From a virus, in the IMG/VR virus record IMGVR_UViG_3300032242_002232, positions 1 to 64,000 of that record: a stretch of DNA of 64,000 bases; one strand, 5' to 3'. A program made the translations under genes and the position numbers. Under the pieces are notes generated by a model. That model made no database searches and was not told the origin of the DNA. It saw only the letters and a list, made by a program, of their open reading frames with translations. Shown here in pieces: positions 29,373-38,626 of this stretch. Numbering within the stretch: position 1 is the first letter of the stretch; the number at the start of each line of letters is the position of its first letter.

Positions 29373-29643
29373 GATTAAAGAAAGCATACTCTTCATTTGA
29401 TCGTATGCATTCAATGCAAACGACCTCATCGTCACCATCTTCGTCAGTAAAGACAAAGAAGGAATCATCTACGAAGTTACAATAATCGCAGATGCTGACG
29501 GTGGGGTCTTTTTCATATATGTAGCAAGCGTGACACATCACGCCATCAATATATTCGTCCGGATATGTAAGCGAGTTACCGCAGATACACCAGCCTTGAT
29601 ATTCTTTACCCTCAATCTTCAGGGTTGTACTCTGTGTCTTCAT
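29332..29643 (-). CDS. Cys-rich hypothetical protein
   Basis: Four CxC/CxxC pairs. Confidence 0.55.
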   Translation of the reverse strand: MKTQSTTLKIEGKEYQGWCICGNSLTYPDEYIDGVMCHACYIYEKDPTVSICDYCNFVDDSFFVFTDEDGDDEVVCIECIRSNEEYAFFNPTEDKVSSDLLPA

Positions 29644-29836
29644 CTATCTGTTCTCCTGTGTTCATGTCCTCGAGTAGGACGATGTCTGTCCAACCATTCT
29701 CTTTATCTAGCATTGTTGCTGGGATACCATCATCGATAATCTCCTGAGCAAGAGCTCGAGCTTCCACCACATCTGTTACCTCATGAAACGGAATGTTGTA
29801 GTACTCAACTTTTTTTACTACTACTTGTATTGCCAT
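29612..29836 (-). CDS. acidic hypothetical protein
   Basis: SD GAAGG. Confidence 0.55.
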   Translation of the reverse strand: MAIQVVVKKVEYYNIPFHEVTDVVEARALAQEIIDDGIPATMLDKENGWTDIVLLEDMNTGEQIDEDTEYNPED

Positions 29837-30299
29837 TAGTCACCTTCTTTACTGTAGTTTTGAGTATGCCTTCTTCCTTAGGCCATAGATATGGAAGATC
29901 GTCTGGTCCAGGAAAGTCATAGTGTATTGGATCTTTGCGTTTTAAGTTTGAGCGATGGCTTCGATGAAAGTAACGATTACCTAGCCACCACGGCTTTCTA
30001 TCTATACCGTCTGTAACTTGAGTACGATACTGTTGACTTAATTCAACTACTTGTTCTCTTATAGTATCCTTAAATCCTCGGTCTTCCCACTCATCACACA
30101 TTGCAATAATGTATGCGCATAGTTGCCATTCGTTACCTCGCCACATTACGGCAGCGGGATGATTGCGCCAACCTTTAGTTAAACCAAGGTTAGCTTTGAG
30201 TATTTGCAGGCCTTCAACGCGTTGCTTACCGAGACGCCTATTGTCTAGGGTTTGGGCTGAGCGTTGAAAGTCTGCGTGTGGGAGAAATGTATTAACCAT
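29805..30299 (-). CDS. pyrimidine-dimer DNA glycosylase-like (DenV/MSMEG_6728 family)
   Basis: NTFLP, LDNRRLGKQRVE, GWRNHPA, PWWLG, HRSHRSNL. Confidence 0.88.
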   Translation of the reverse strand: MVNTFLPHADFQRSAQTLDNRRLGKQRVEGLQILKANLGLTKGWRNHPAAVMWRGNEWQLCAYIIAMCDEWEDRGFKDTIREQVVELSQQYRTQVTDGIDRKPWWLGNRYFHRSHRSNLKRKDPIHYDFPGPDDLPYLWPKEEGILKTTVKKVTNGNTSSSKKS

Positions 30300-30435
30300 T
30301 TAAAATCCAGTCTTCATCAGCGCAGTCGGAGCAGAAGTATCGGACTTGTTCAAAGTCTTCATTTTCTGGTCCGTGTGCGTAGACGTATTGCTTTACATAT
30401 GGGGCGATGACCCCACAAGTTGTGCATTCGTTCAT
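30292..30435 (-). CDS. 47-aa Zn-finger peptide (not in ORF track)
   Basis: MNECTTCG...FCSDC; SD GGAGG. Confidence 0.55.
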   Translation of the reverse strand: MNECTTCGVIAPYVKQYVYAHGPENEDFEQVRYFCSDCADEDWILNG

Positions 30436-30443
30436 GTTTCCTC

Positions 30444-30692
30444 CTATCCTATGCTGATGTTATCGTCTTTGGGATCAAAGCCGATTGACCGAAGATCGCG
30501 GTGGATCTCCAGAACTGTGCGTCTATCTTTAGTTCTTCCTGATGAAACTACTACTTGTCTGCCAGTGTTTGTGTTGACGACCCTAATATGGCCGCGAGAT
30601 GTAAGGCTCACATCCATGCCGGATCTTTTAAGGGATGAGACTAGTTTACGCATATGCTTGTCCTTAACCTTCATTGCAAATAACATATTCAT
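30444..30692 (-). CDS. HicA-like small protein
   Basis: LKRSG..V..TSRGHIRV..TGRQVVV. Confidence 0.5.
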   Translation of the reverse strand: MNMLFAMKVKDKHMRKLVSSLKRSGMDVSLTSRGHIRVVNTNTGRQVVVSSGRTKDRRTVLEIHRDLRSIGFDPKDDNISIG

Positions 30693-30813
30693 TGGGGTGG
30701 ATTACTCCTTTCTTTTTATTTGGTATAGTTGTCTTACTCTTAATTAAAGAGTTTTCTCTGTCGAGAGAGAAAGGCCCGCCTACTAATATTAGGCGGGCCC
30801 CCCTTTCCCTTCT

Positions 30814-30886
30814 TGGACCATAGCTCAGTTGGCAGAGCAGGCGACTGTTAATCGCCAGGTCCCTGGTTCGAGCCCAGGTGGTCCAG
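30814..30886 (+). tRNA. tRNA-Asn (GTT), CCA not encoded
   Basis: TGGACCA/TGGTCCA acceptor, GCTC D arm, GGCGA-CTGTTAA-TCGCC, CCTGG-TTCGAGC-CCAGG. Confidence 0.95.
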
Positions 30887-30891
30887 CTAGA

Positions 30892-31092
30892 TTACGACTC
30901 CTCGTTGGAGATATCTTTACACTCGAGTACAGTTATGTACTCACCCGGCCGAAGATCGTCCGAGTTCAAGGCAGAACGTATGAAGTTGTCATAGAACCAT
31001 AAGTCCCAGTTGGATGCTGAGTCATATGGTGGATCTATTCGACCATCGTATACGTTAACTTCAAATGTTAATCGAAGTTTTATCATTGCCAT
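30892..31092 (-). CDS. hypothetical protein
   Basis: ORF in the early operon. Confidence 0.55.
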   Translation of the reverse strand: MAMIKLRLTFEVNVYDGRIDPPYDSASNWDLWFYDNFIRSALNSDDLRPGEYITVLECKDISNEES

Positions 31093-31097
31093 GTGTG

Positions 31098-31766
31098 TTA
31101 CTCCCCGTCGTTGTCGTTATCCTCACTTAGAGTCAACCAAGATTCGTTGAATGGCTCCAAGTGAAGCTTCATTGTCCGGAAACTTGTTGGGTACTGTACA
31201 CGGTGTTTAATTTTACCGTCAATAGCCAAAGCCCATCCAGACACGTCCTCCTCATCACATGCAATGTCAAATGTATAGTGGAACATCACCTTTGGAAACT
31301 TTTTACTTAGTTGGTGATAGATACCGCTGGGTGGCGCCATAGTTGTATCGAACTTGTATGATGCAACGTGTTCGATAAACAACTTCCCGCCTGTGTTTGA
31401 TAGGAACTTTTGAGTCTGAGTTTCAGACATCTCAACTTCACTACGCTCAATGTTAATGGCTTCACGTGGTGTGCACCATTTTTCCATCTTGTATGTATAC
31501 TTGTCAAGTGCTTCCCACTTAGCAAGTACGCTTGGTTTGATATTTAGAGGGTTGAATGTAAGTAACTCCTCTGGTATTGGGGCTACAGCAGCAAATGAAA
31601 AGTCTGAGTCAGGTGTTGCGATGAAGCTTACAGCTTCAAGCACATCAGCTTTTGGACCAGCCATAGTCATTGTGTTGGTGCAGTCGTATTGTTTGTGTCG
31701 GCGAAGCGAGGAGGAAATGTCATTAGTCTCCTCATCTTTGCCCCTTTCAAACGCGAACTCAGCCAT
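31098..31766 (-). CDS. YubB/DUF1281 ferredoxin-like domain protein
   Basis: FSFAAVAPIPEEL, YKFDTTMAPP...LSKKFPKVMF. Confidence 0.6.
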   Translation of the reverse strand: MAEFAFERGKDEETNDISSSLRRHKQYDCTNTMTMAGPKADVLEAVSFIATPDSDFSFAAVAPIPEELLTFNPLNIKPSVLAKWEALDKYTYKMEKWCTPREAINIERSEVEMSETQTQKFLSNTGGKLFIEHVASYKFDTTMAPPSGIYHQLSKKFPKVMFHYTFDIACDEEDVSGWALAIDGKIKHRVQYPTSFRTMKLHLEPFNESWLTLSEDNDNDGE

Positions 31767-32014
31767 TAGTCATCTCCATGTTCTGCTTTGTGTTTGGATA
31801 TGAGTGCTTCCTCATACTTTGTGATGCGGTCTTGCGACCAGGTGAGCATCTCAAGTAAGATGCCTTCTTTCTCAATCGTGTCCATTAACCAGGTATTCAT
31901 ACCGATCAATGCTTCCATCACCACAGGCTTTAGTGGTTCAGGAACACGATTTATGTCATAGTTAAGAGTTGGTTGCATGATCTCGCTAAAAGATTCAAGG
32001 TCATCCTCGTCCAT
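31766..32014 (-). CDS. hypothetical protein
   Basis: Coupled ORF. Confidence 0.55.
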   Translation of the reverse strand: MDEDDLESFSEIMQPTLNYDINRVPEPLKPVVMEALIGMNTWLMDTIEKEGILLEMLTWSQDRITKYEEALISKHKAEHGDD

Positions 32015-32037
32015 AACTACACCCCCTTTTTCTTTTG

Positions 32038-32607
32038 TTAGTTGATTTGACCTACAGTTTGAAACTGTTGTTCATACTCAGAGATAAGATTGGGAAGGTC
32101 TGAGTAGAACTTAGCATCTAAGAACTCTTCTGCTGATTGCTCAAACAAAGAGATGTATTGGCAGATGCGTTGATAGCGACTAGGTATTTCTTTTTTACCG
32201 TCGCTTGTAACCATAAAAGCTGGCTTTATGGCATTACTTAATTGAGTAAGAGAATGACCTGATACTTCAATTGATGCTTCTCTTGGTGGGAAGTTTGGTA
32301 TGTCGTGTAAGTCTATGTTTATAGTAAACATTCCATTTTCATACCAATTTTGATGCCATTGATTATCAAACCGAAGCGTGGATTCAGTAACAAGTAAATG
32401 ACGAACTTTGTCCCAATTATCTCTGGCCCATTGTTCCACTCGTTTCCTGTCCCACGCATTTGCATCTGCTGCACCAAGCGCTTCATGCTCTCGCACTTGT
32501 TTGTAAGAAGCTTCAAGCCAATCTTTATTAGCAGTCAACTTCTTTACAATCTCAGTTCGTCGCACTAAAAACGGAGATGCTTCTATCTTCTTCGTGGCTG
32601 TTGCCAT
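32038..32607 (-). CDS. hypothetical protein
   Basis: SD GAAGGGG. Confidence 0.6.
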   Translation of the reverse strand: MATATKKIEASPFLVRRTEIVKKLTANKDWLEASYKQVREHEALGAADANAWDRKRVEQWARDNWDKVRHLLVTESTLRFDNQWHQNWYENGMFTINIDLHDIPNFPPREASIEVSGHSLTQLSNAIKPAFMVTSDGKKEIPSRYQRICQYISLFEQSAEEFLDAKFYSDLPNLISEYEQQFQTVGQIN

Positions 32608-32797
32608 CTGTTTCCCCTTCCATAGGCGTGTTATTTAGAACCCAATCTTCAGGTTCCCATAGTGTTTGTATGTCAAATGCCATACCACCATCAGGATCAA
32701 GCAAGTCGCTGGCCTCCATTGTGAAGGCCAGCGCTTGATCCTCAGTCTTGAATGGACCGACTGTTTCGCCGGTTAGTACATCTTTAGCTACGTACAT
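32552..32797 (-). CDS. hypothetical protein
   Basis: TAATG coupling; VGPF. Confidence 0.55.
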   Translation of the reverse strand: MYVAKDVLTGETVGPFKTEDQALAFTMEASDLLDPDGGMAFDIQTLWEPEDWVLNNTPMEGETDGNSHEEDRSISVFSATN

Positions 32798-33252
32798 TAC
32801 TCAAAATCCTCATTGATTAATGTTTCTAGCATATCGATGCGACGAATTGCGCTTTCCAATCCATCTGTAACAATGTCTTCACGCTTTGGTAAACCATCAA
32901 GCGCACCAACTTCGCTAAGCATTGCTGCTTTACCGATAGTCTGGAGCACGGGATGTTCCTTACGCAAAGACATGCCACGCATGAGTGCGTCTTTTGCACG
33001 CTTCATGTCATGGTGTGCACCATCAAAGAAGAACTGTGAAGCTGAGATAGCCCATAGTCCAAGTGATAGTTCGGGTGCGTCTGAGTTTGTGCTTACATCG
33101 TCAGCAAGTTGAAACCAATACTCTGGATCATACTTGGTGAAGTTTGCGTAGTCACAGAACTGAGGTTTGTAGTCAATGAGCACGATCATCTGTGCTACAT
33201 CGGCTTTAACCGCATCCCGCCCTAGCGCCTTGTCCAGAATCTCTCTGAACAT
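32797..33252 (-). CDS. hypothetical protein
   Basis: SD GGAGG. Confidence 0.6.
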   Translation of the reverse strand: MFREILDKALGRDAVKADVAQMIVLIDYKPQFCDYANFTKYDPEYWFQLADDVSTNSDAPELSLGLWAISASQFFFDGAHHDMKRAKDALMRGMSLRKEHPVLQTIGKAAMLSEVGALDGLPKREDIVTDGLESAIRRIDMLETLINEDFE

Positions 33253-33262
33253 ATTGCCTCCC

Positions 33263-35236
33263 TTACCTGCTTATTCTGCGCTTTTTAATAGCGCCTACAA
33301 CTACCGCTTTGGCAAGTTGTAGTAGATCTTTGCCACCCTTAACTCGAGCAAACAATTCAGCACCATGATCTAGATCATAACGCGGAGGTTGTCCTGCGGC
33401 AATGGCCGCTGCGTTCATTTCTGTGAACTGGGTGTAGTCGCTGTCGCTCATGATTAAGACAAGCGTAGTAAGAACACCACGCTTAGACAGGCGCTTGATG
33501 ATGTCATTGTTTTTATTACTGTCAAATACGCCGTCAGTAATAATGAACATCATCTTGTTTGCACGCTGAGACATCATAAAGTTTTTCTCAGCTTGCAGTA
33601 GTGATACGTGGGGATCAGTACCGCCGTTACCAAAGATGAACTTGTATTTAGTACGCTCAGCTTTGGTGTGTTTTGTATAGGCAACCTCATTCTTGTCATC
33701 AAAGGCATAAACTGTTACCGGGCAATCGATGCTCTCAAGAGCACGCTTGATAGTCCAGCAAGCAATAGAAGCCTTACGATCATTACGATCAGATGACATA
33801 GAACCAGAACGATCGACGAGAATTACGGCTTCGATATCAGTGCTATCGTCGCCTTCGGTCCATCGATCAAATGATTTATCTATATCCGCACCACGCATTA
33901 CGCGTAGCACATTTAACTTACCAGAAACAGTCTCACGCTCCCAGCCTGGCTCAGCTTCATCTTTAAGCTTGCGTAATTCATTGGCAAACTTACGATAGTC
34001 AAGCAGAGCATCGGCAGGAACACCAGTGCTTTCAAACTTACCAAGCGGGTTATCTTCGTCCCAGTTTTCATCACCATGGACGATGATATTTTGCTTGCGC
34101 TTGATGTCTTTGATAACTTCCTTGCGGTTATAGATAGATTGGAGATTGTTGTTCATGGCTTCTTTGAGGTCTTTAGGAAGACCACCTTTGCTTTCTACAT
34201 GGCCTTGACCATGTTGTGCTTTGGCTTTGTCTGTCTCATTGAAGCGTTCTTCTCGCTTAGCAAGTTGTTCATCTGCTGTGCTTGAAGTGTCATCGGCACG
34301 ATCTGTACCAGGTGTATAACCAGTAGGACCATTACCTTCGCCTTCACCCTCACCTTGTCCCTCCCCTTGCGGAGCTGGTGTACCACCCTGAGGTGGCGGT
34401 GTTTGTGTTGGTTGGGCTGGTTCTTTGGCTATGTACTCAGACTCTCGCTTGCCTTGGTTGGCAGCGACTCTAGCATCTCGCTCTTGTGCTTTGCCGGGCT
34501 CTGGTCTACCTTTCTTAATTGGTAGACGCGTGTCGCAATTACCAAGACCACACATGGGTGGGATATCCATTTGGGATATAACCAACTCATGGAACTCTTT
34601 GATAAGTGCTTCAGCTCGTTTGTAGTCACGAGGAAATGCAAGTGACCGATACTCATTAGTAATACGTTGAATATCGGGGATGAGTTCTGGCTTGTAGAAC
34701 AGATCTCTAAACGCCTCTCTGATCTCGACATCGATATGTCTACGACCAGCAATGAGAGGATAGTTAGTGAACGCCATATCTTCTGAACCAGTCAGCCATA
34801 CTAAAGCTGCGGCTTGAAGATAGGGCATGATACTTGGATACCTAGCACAGAGTAAAGACTCGATGCGTTGATCCTCCAAGATATTAAATGCGGTATATAA
34901 GTCTTGCGCTATAACCGATTTAACTAACGTAGTTCCTTCTCGAGGAGTATAGAAGTGATGTGCTAGCTCATGATAGTTGAGACCAGATAACTGGGTCAAC
35001 GTCTCCATAGTCATTTCACCTATATGCTTTTCGTTGATGTAGATATTTTCACCATCAGACCAAGTAACCGCTGGACCGTCTGGTACAACATGTACGTTGA
35101 CGGGATCACCAGTGAGGATGCGGTCAGCACCCTCGTAGACCCGAGACATAGCTGAGAGTTGTAACGCTCTCAGCTGTGCCTTTTCGGTCTTGGTTACCAT
35201 GTAATGAGCATCGTTCTCATCTACTTGATAAGCCAT
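33263..35236 (-). CDS. vWA (MIDAS) protein with N-terminal HExxH domain (CobT-like MoxR partner)
   Basis: YHELAH, NILEDQRIE, DRSGSMS, GGT, ITDG. Confidence 0.88.
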   Translation of the reverse strand: MAYQVDENDAHYMVTKTEKAQLRALQLSAMSRVYEGADRILTGDPVNVHVVPDGPAVTWSDGENIYINEKHIGEMTMETLTQLSGLNYHELAHHFYTPREGTTLVKSVIAQDLYTAFNILEDQRIESLLCARYPSIMPYLQAAALVWLTGSEDMAFTNYPLIAGRRHIDVEIREAFRDLFYKPELIPDIQRITNEYRSLAFPRDYKRAEALIKEFHELVISQMDIPPMCGLGNCDTRLPIKKGRPEPGKAQERDARVAANQGKRESEYIAKEPAQPTQTPPPQGGTPAPQGEGQGEGEGEGNGPTGYTPGTDRADDTSSTADEQLAKREERFNETDKAKAQHGQGHVESKGGLPKDLKEAMNNNLQSIYNRKEVIKDIKRKQNIIVHGDENWDEDNPLGKFESTGVPADALLDYRKFANELRKLKDEAEPGWERETVSGKLNVLRVMRGADIDKSFDRWTEGDDSTDIEAVILVDRSGSMSSDRNDRKASIACWTIKRALESIDCPVTVYAFDDKNEVAYTKHTKAERTKYKFIFGNGGTDPHVSLLQAEKNFMMSQRANKMMFIITDGVFDSNKNNDIIKRLSKRGVLTTLVLIMSDSDYTQFTEMNAAAIAAGQPPRYDLDHGAELFARVKGGKDLLQLAKAVVVGAIKKRRISR

Positions 35237-35250
35237 AATCTATTCCTTTT

Positions 35251-36645
35251 CTACTTACTTGTCTTTAGCCAAGCATCGACTTCTTCACCGATGTTTGATG
35301 CTTCAGGTTTCTGTTCTTCTGTCTCAACGAGACCGAAGTCCTCCTTGATGTTGAACTCATGGGTCATCATGACAAGAGCAACTTTTTCTTGCTCTTCTTT
35401 ATCAAAGTGTGCTACGAAATTAGCAATTGCAAACTCATAGTTGAACTTGATAAACTTTTCCAACTCCATGAACATGTTGGTTGATACTGGAGTCTCAAGG
35501 TCACCCTTGGAAGCCTCAGCACGAAGCTGCTTCGCAATAACGAGAAGCGACTTGTGTGTGATGAGCTTAGACTCTACGTCATCATCGTAATCCCACGGGA
35601 CCTGCAACTCAAAGCGATTACGCATCGCAAAGTTGAGTGGCGTTGTACCGGTGTAATCAGGATTCATAGTTGCAAAGATTGCAAGGTCTGGGTGTGCCTG
35701 AATGGTCTCACCATGATGATCGAGCAGGATCAAGCAGCGTCGTCCATCAAGAAGTGAATACAGAATTGTGTAGATTTTTGGCGAGATAAAGTTGAGCTCG
35801 TCAAGAATAAGAGTACCGCCGTTACGTACAACGTCAGTTACTGGACCGTCAATCCACTCGAACCCACCGCTTCCATCTGGTACATATTTACCGATGAGTT
35901 GGCTAGGTTCTAGAGCAGCATTGCCAGATACAGCAGCTAGACGACGTTTACGTGAGGCAGACCATGCAACAATAGACGTAGTCTTACCAGGGCCGGTAGG
36001 GCCGTAGATAAGCGTGGTCAATCCATTATCTAACGCGTAATCAAATAGGTCAAAGTCAAGAATGTCACCCGTAAGTTTACGGTTGACGTACTTGTTGGCT
36101 TGTTCGATTGGGGGAATCGTAGCTAATGCAATCCGAAGTTTTGAGGTTGAGACAAGCTCTGTCTCTTCGACCTCAGGGGCTGCGGATGTTTGTGTTGGCA
36201 TGAATTGCGCTTCTTCTTGTGAGTCTCGTTCACGACGTAGGTCGTTAACATACTCAGTCAATGAAGGATCCACTACATTCACTCTGTTGTATAGCGCAGT
36301 GATGCGGCTTGGTACTGAACCAAACTCTTCATCTTTATCTGCTTTAGCATACGCTGCCATTGCTTTAGTAGACAACACAGGAGACCAACCGGTCTGTGAT
36401 ATTGCCTGCTCATCAGCAAGAGTAACTGTTATGCCAACAGGTGTAGTAGTGATGTATTCATTGCTTGAGATACTCGCAAGCAACTCAGGTAATGATGTGA
36501 TGTCCCAACGATTTGATTTGCCAGGACCACCATCAGTGAGTCTTGAATAGACCTTTGTCTCATCGTTATGAGGTACGAAAAGTATTTGACGCTTCTCGTC
36601 TCCCATCGATGGTTCATAAGTCTCTACGAACATCGCTATATTCAT
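35251..36645 (-). CDS. MoxR/CbbQ-family AAA+ ATPase
   Basis: GPTGPGKT, WIDGP, ILDELN, ATMNP.Y, AMRNRF. Confidence 0.92.
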   Translation of the reverse strand: MNIAMFVETYEPSMGDEKRQILFVPHNDETKVYSRLTDGGPGKSNRWDITSLPELLASISSNEYITTTPVGITVTLADEQAISQTGWSPVLSTKAMAAYAKADKDEEFGSVPSRITALYNRVNVVDPSLTEYVNDLRRERDSQEEAQFMPTQTSAAPEVEETELVSTSKLRIALATIPPIEQANKYVNRKLTGDILDFDLFDYALDNGLTTLIYGPTGPGKTTSIVAWSASRKRRLAAVSGNAALEPSQLIGKYVPDGSGGFEWIDGPVTDVVRNGGTLILDELNFISPKIYTILYSLLDGRRCLILLDHHGETIQAHPDLAIFATMNPDYTGTTPLNFAMRNRFELQVPWDYDDDVESKLITHKSLLVIAKQLRAEASKGDLETPVSTNMFMELEKFIKFNYEFAIANFVAHFDKEEQEKVALVMMTHEFNIKEDFGLVETEEQKPEASNIGEEVDAWLKTSK

Positions 36646-36693
36646 ATTGCCTTTCCCTTCTCACTGGAGAACCCCGATGGTTCTCTCAGCTAG

Positions 36694-36737
36694 TGTGCTA
36701 TCAGGATTCGAACCTGATTACTGCACCACGCTAGCAC
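36694..36737 (-). ncRNA. 44-nt anticodon-less tRNA-like element
   Basis: GTGCTA-GCGTGGTGCAGTAA-TCAGG-TTCGAAT-CCTGA-TAGCAC-A. Confidence 0.65.
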
Positions 36738-36747
36738 TGAGAAAAGA

Positions 36748-36786
36748 GTAAGGACCGGCGCCGATATCAGACACGCCGGTCCTTAC
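36748..36786 (-). promoter_or_regulatory. 13-bp perfect hairpin (terminator/processing site)
   Basis: GTAAGGACCGGCG/CGCCGGTCCTTAC, then TCTTTTC on - strand. Confidence 0.6.
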
Positions 36787-36947
36787 ACCTATTTACTGCT
36801 TACTCAATGAAGAGGATACTTAGTTGGCATAGAAGACCCGATACTCCACGCTATAGACTAAACCGCGATGACCGATATACAGACGTCAATCGTTGAATAG
36901 CTGCTATGACTGATACTCTCTTCCGACCCTGTTTTCCAATAAAGAGC

Positions 36948-37610
36948 CTAGCCCTCAATAGGTTCTTCCTGTGACATCTCACCAGTTACGATATTGAGCC
37001 GTAATGGTTTGGTGATGTCCCACTCCGATAGGATGAACTTACCACCCCATGGAACTTTACCTTTCCCACCACATCTATGACAGTCTGCCTGTTCACGATG
37101 CGGGACATTTCTTGTTTCTCCTTGTTTAGTACAGTTAAGATTGATATGGAATGTTTTATTACGACTGTCAGTGACTGGTCGCCACCCATCTTGTCCTGTA
37201 CACAAGAACGTGTGTCTCTTTTGTCCACTGCAATTGCCACAGCGTCTCTCTTTCAAAGGAGTTTTAGCTGAAGCAGCGGTAGATATCAACAGCTTTTGTT
37301 TACGATAGATTAGATCATTTAAGTTAGCGTAGTTAGCAACTGCCCTACGCCACGATGCTCTCATGAACATAGTTACCGGAGGAATGACAACCATTCCATT
37401 TGGTTCGTAGATAACAAGCGGGTTATCTTTTGACCAATAAGGTGCAATAGATACCTGATCATTCTCTAGTCTAAATGCGTAAAGGCTACGCTCATACAAT
37501 GGGCGCTTGCCTTCTGGATCTTTACCTTCTTCGATATGTTTAATGGCTGAGTCATAGTCATACACTCTCAGCCATTGATTATGGGGAAGAAGTTGAGCTT
37601 TGTCTACCAC
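36948..37610 (-). CDS. protein with DnaJ-type CxxCxGxG Zn motifs
   Basis: CGNCSGQK, CHRCGGKG. Confidence 0.6.
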   Translation of the reverse strand: MVDKAQLLPHNQWLRVYDYDSAIKHIEEGKDPEGKRPLYERSLYAFRLENDQVSIAPYWSKDNPLVIYEPNGMVVIPPVTMFMRASWRRAVANYANLNDLIYRKQKLLISTAASAKTPLKERRCGNCSGQKRHTFLCTGQDGWRPVTDSRNKTFHINLNCTKQGETRNVPHREQADCHRCGGKGKVPWGGKFILSEWDITKPLRLNIVTGEMSQEEPIEG

Positions 37611-37899
37611 GTATATATTCCCTTCTCTCGTCTTCTGTTAAACCACCCCACATGCCGTGGGATTGGTTGGTTCTTATTGAGAAGTCAAAGCATTCCTTTG
37701 TTACAGAGCAGGCATTGCAGATAGCTCTAGCTTTTGCTATTCTATCGGCTTTATCCCCACCCCTTTCTTGGTCTTCATAGAAGAACACGTCCGAATCAAC
37801 TTCCCTACACAACCCGCGTTGTTGCCAATCCCATTGGTTCGGTCTTGGGTCTAACGGCATTGTGTTAGAAGGATATGACTCATACTTTTTCCTAGACAT
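37579..37899 (-). CDS. whiB: WhiB-family factor #3
   Basis: WQQRGLC...VFF...ICNACSVTKEC...HGMWGGLTEDER. Confidence 0.92.
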   Translation of the reverse strand: MSRKKYESYPSNTMPLDPRPNQWDWQQRGLCREVDSDVFFYEDQERGGDKADRIAKARAICNACSVTKECFDFSIRTNQSHGMWGGLTEDERREYIRGRQSSTSSP

Positions 37900-37901
37900 A
37901 A

Positions 37902-38303
37902 TTACATCATGTCTAAGATTTGTTTAGTGATACTGATCTCTTCCTCAGTAGATAGACGAAGAGTAGTCAATAGCTTTTCTCTATGTCCATTGATATGTCC
38001 ATAACCATATCCATTTGTATATAGGTTATTAGACCAATCAGCGGAACGGCTTAGTTGTGGCATTGAAGGTAGGCTTACAGTCTTATCAAAAGTAATGCTT
38101 ATTCCTTTACCATAATTAAGTGTATCAATCTCACACTTGCCTTCTTTTAAAAGCTCAGCAATAGCATTAACATACTTTGTCTTTTCAGCTTCGTATGTAT
38201 CTCTTGCTGTTTTAGCTTTTGCTTTAGCTTCAGCTATGCGTACAGCCTCTGCTTCTTGTTTAGTTTCAAGTTCTTTAATGAACTCTAGTCTATTCAGCTT
38301 CAT
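37902..38303 (-). CDS. hypothetical coiled-coil protein
   Basis: SD GAAGGG. Confidence 0.65.
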   Translation of the reverse strand: MKLNRLEFIKELETKQEAEAVRIAEAKAKAKTARDTYEAEKTKYVNAIAELLKEGKCEIDTLNYGKGISITFDKTVSLPSMPQLSRSADWSNNLYTNGYGYGHINGHREKLLTTLRLSTEEEISITKQILDMM

Positions 38304-38328
38304 GCTTTTCCCTTCTGATATGAGTAAT

Positions 38329-38394
38329 GAGCCTTTTTACCTTAGGTCATGCTCAGGACCAAGTAGCAGTTTTAGTTATCATGCTCAGGATAAT
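38329..38394 (-). ncRNA. two tandem H-type pseudoknots with identical CUGAGCAU loop
   Basis: TTATC-CTGAGCAT-GATAA-CTAAAAC-TGCT and GGTC-CTGAGCAT-GACC-TAAGGTAAAAAG-GCTC. Confidence 0.7.
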
Positions 38395-38456
38395 TGGTGT
38401 AGCGGAAGCGGAGATTTCGACACGCAGTGTCTCCCAATCCAAGTCGCGTACCAATA

Positions 38457-38624
38457 CTATGAAAGAGAGATAGGTTCGCTATCCTCTTTACGGTTAGCTC
38501 GAAGAGTATCGAGCTTTGCATTAAGTGCTTCAAGATCTTTTGTCATTGCATCAAGCTCACGCTCAATAGACTCAAGATATTTGTTGATGTTCTTCATGAA
38601 CTCATTCAGTTCTTCAGGGGACAT
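38457..38624 (-). CDS. small coiled-coil protein
   Basis: MSPEELNEF..., SD GAGG. Confidence 0.6.
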   Translation of the reverse strand: MSPEELNEFMKNINKYLESIERELDAMTKDLEALNAKLDTLRANRKEDSEPISLS

Positions 38625-38626
38625 AA

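Noticed and set aside
29741-29755. Third copy of the pseudoknot motif (CTC-CTGAGCAA-GAG)
   Set aside because: Antisense within a CDS and lacks the A-run; likely chance
30814-30886. tRNA as prophage att site
   Set aside because: No integrase, host genes or duplicated tRNA 3' end visible
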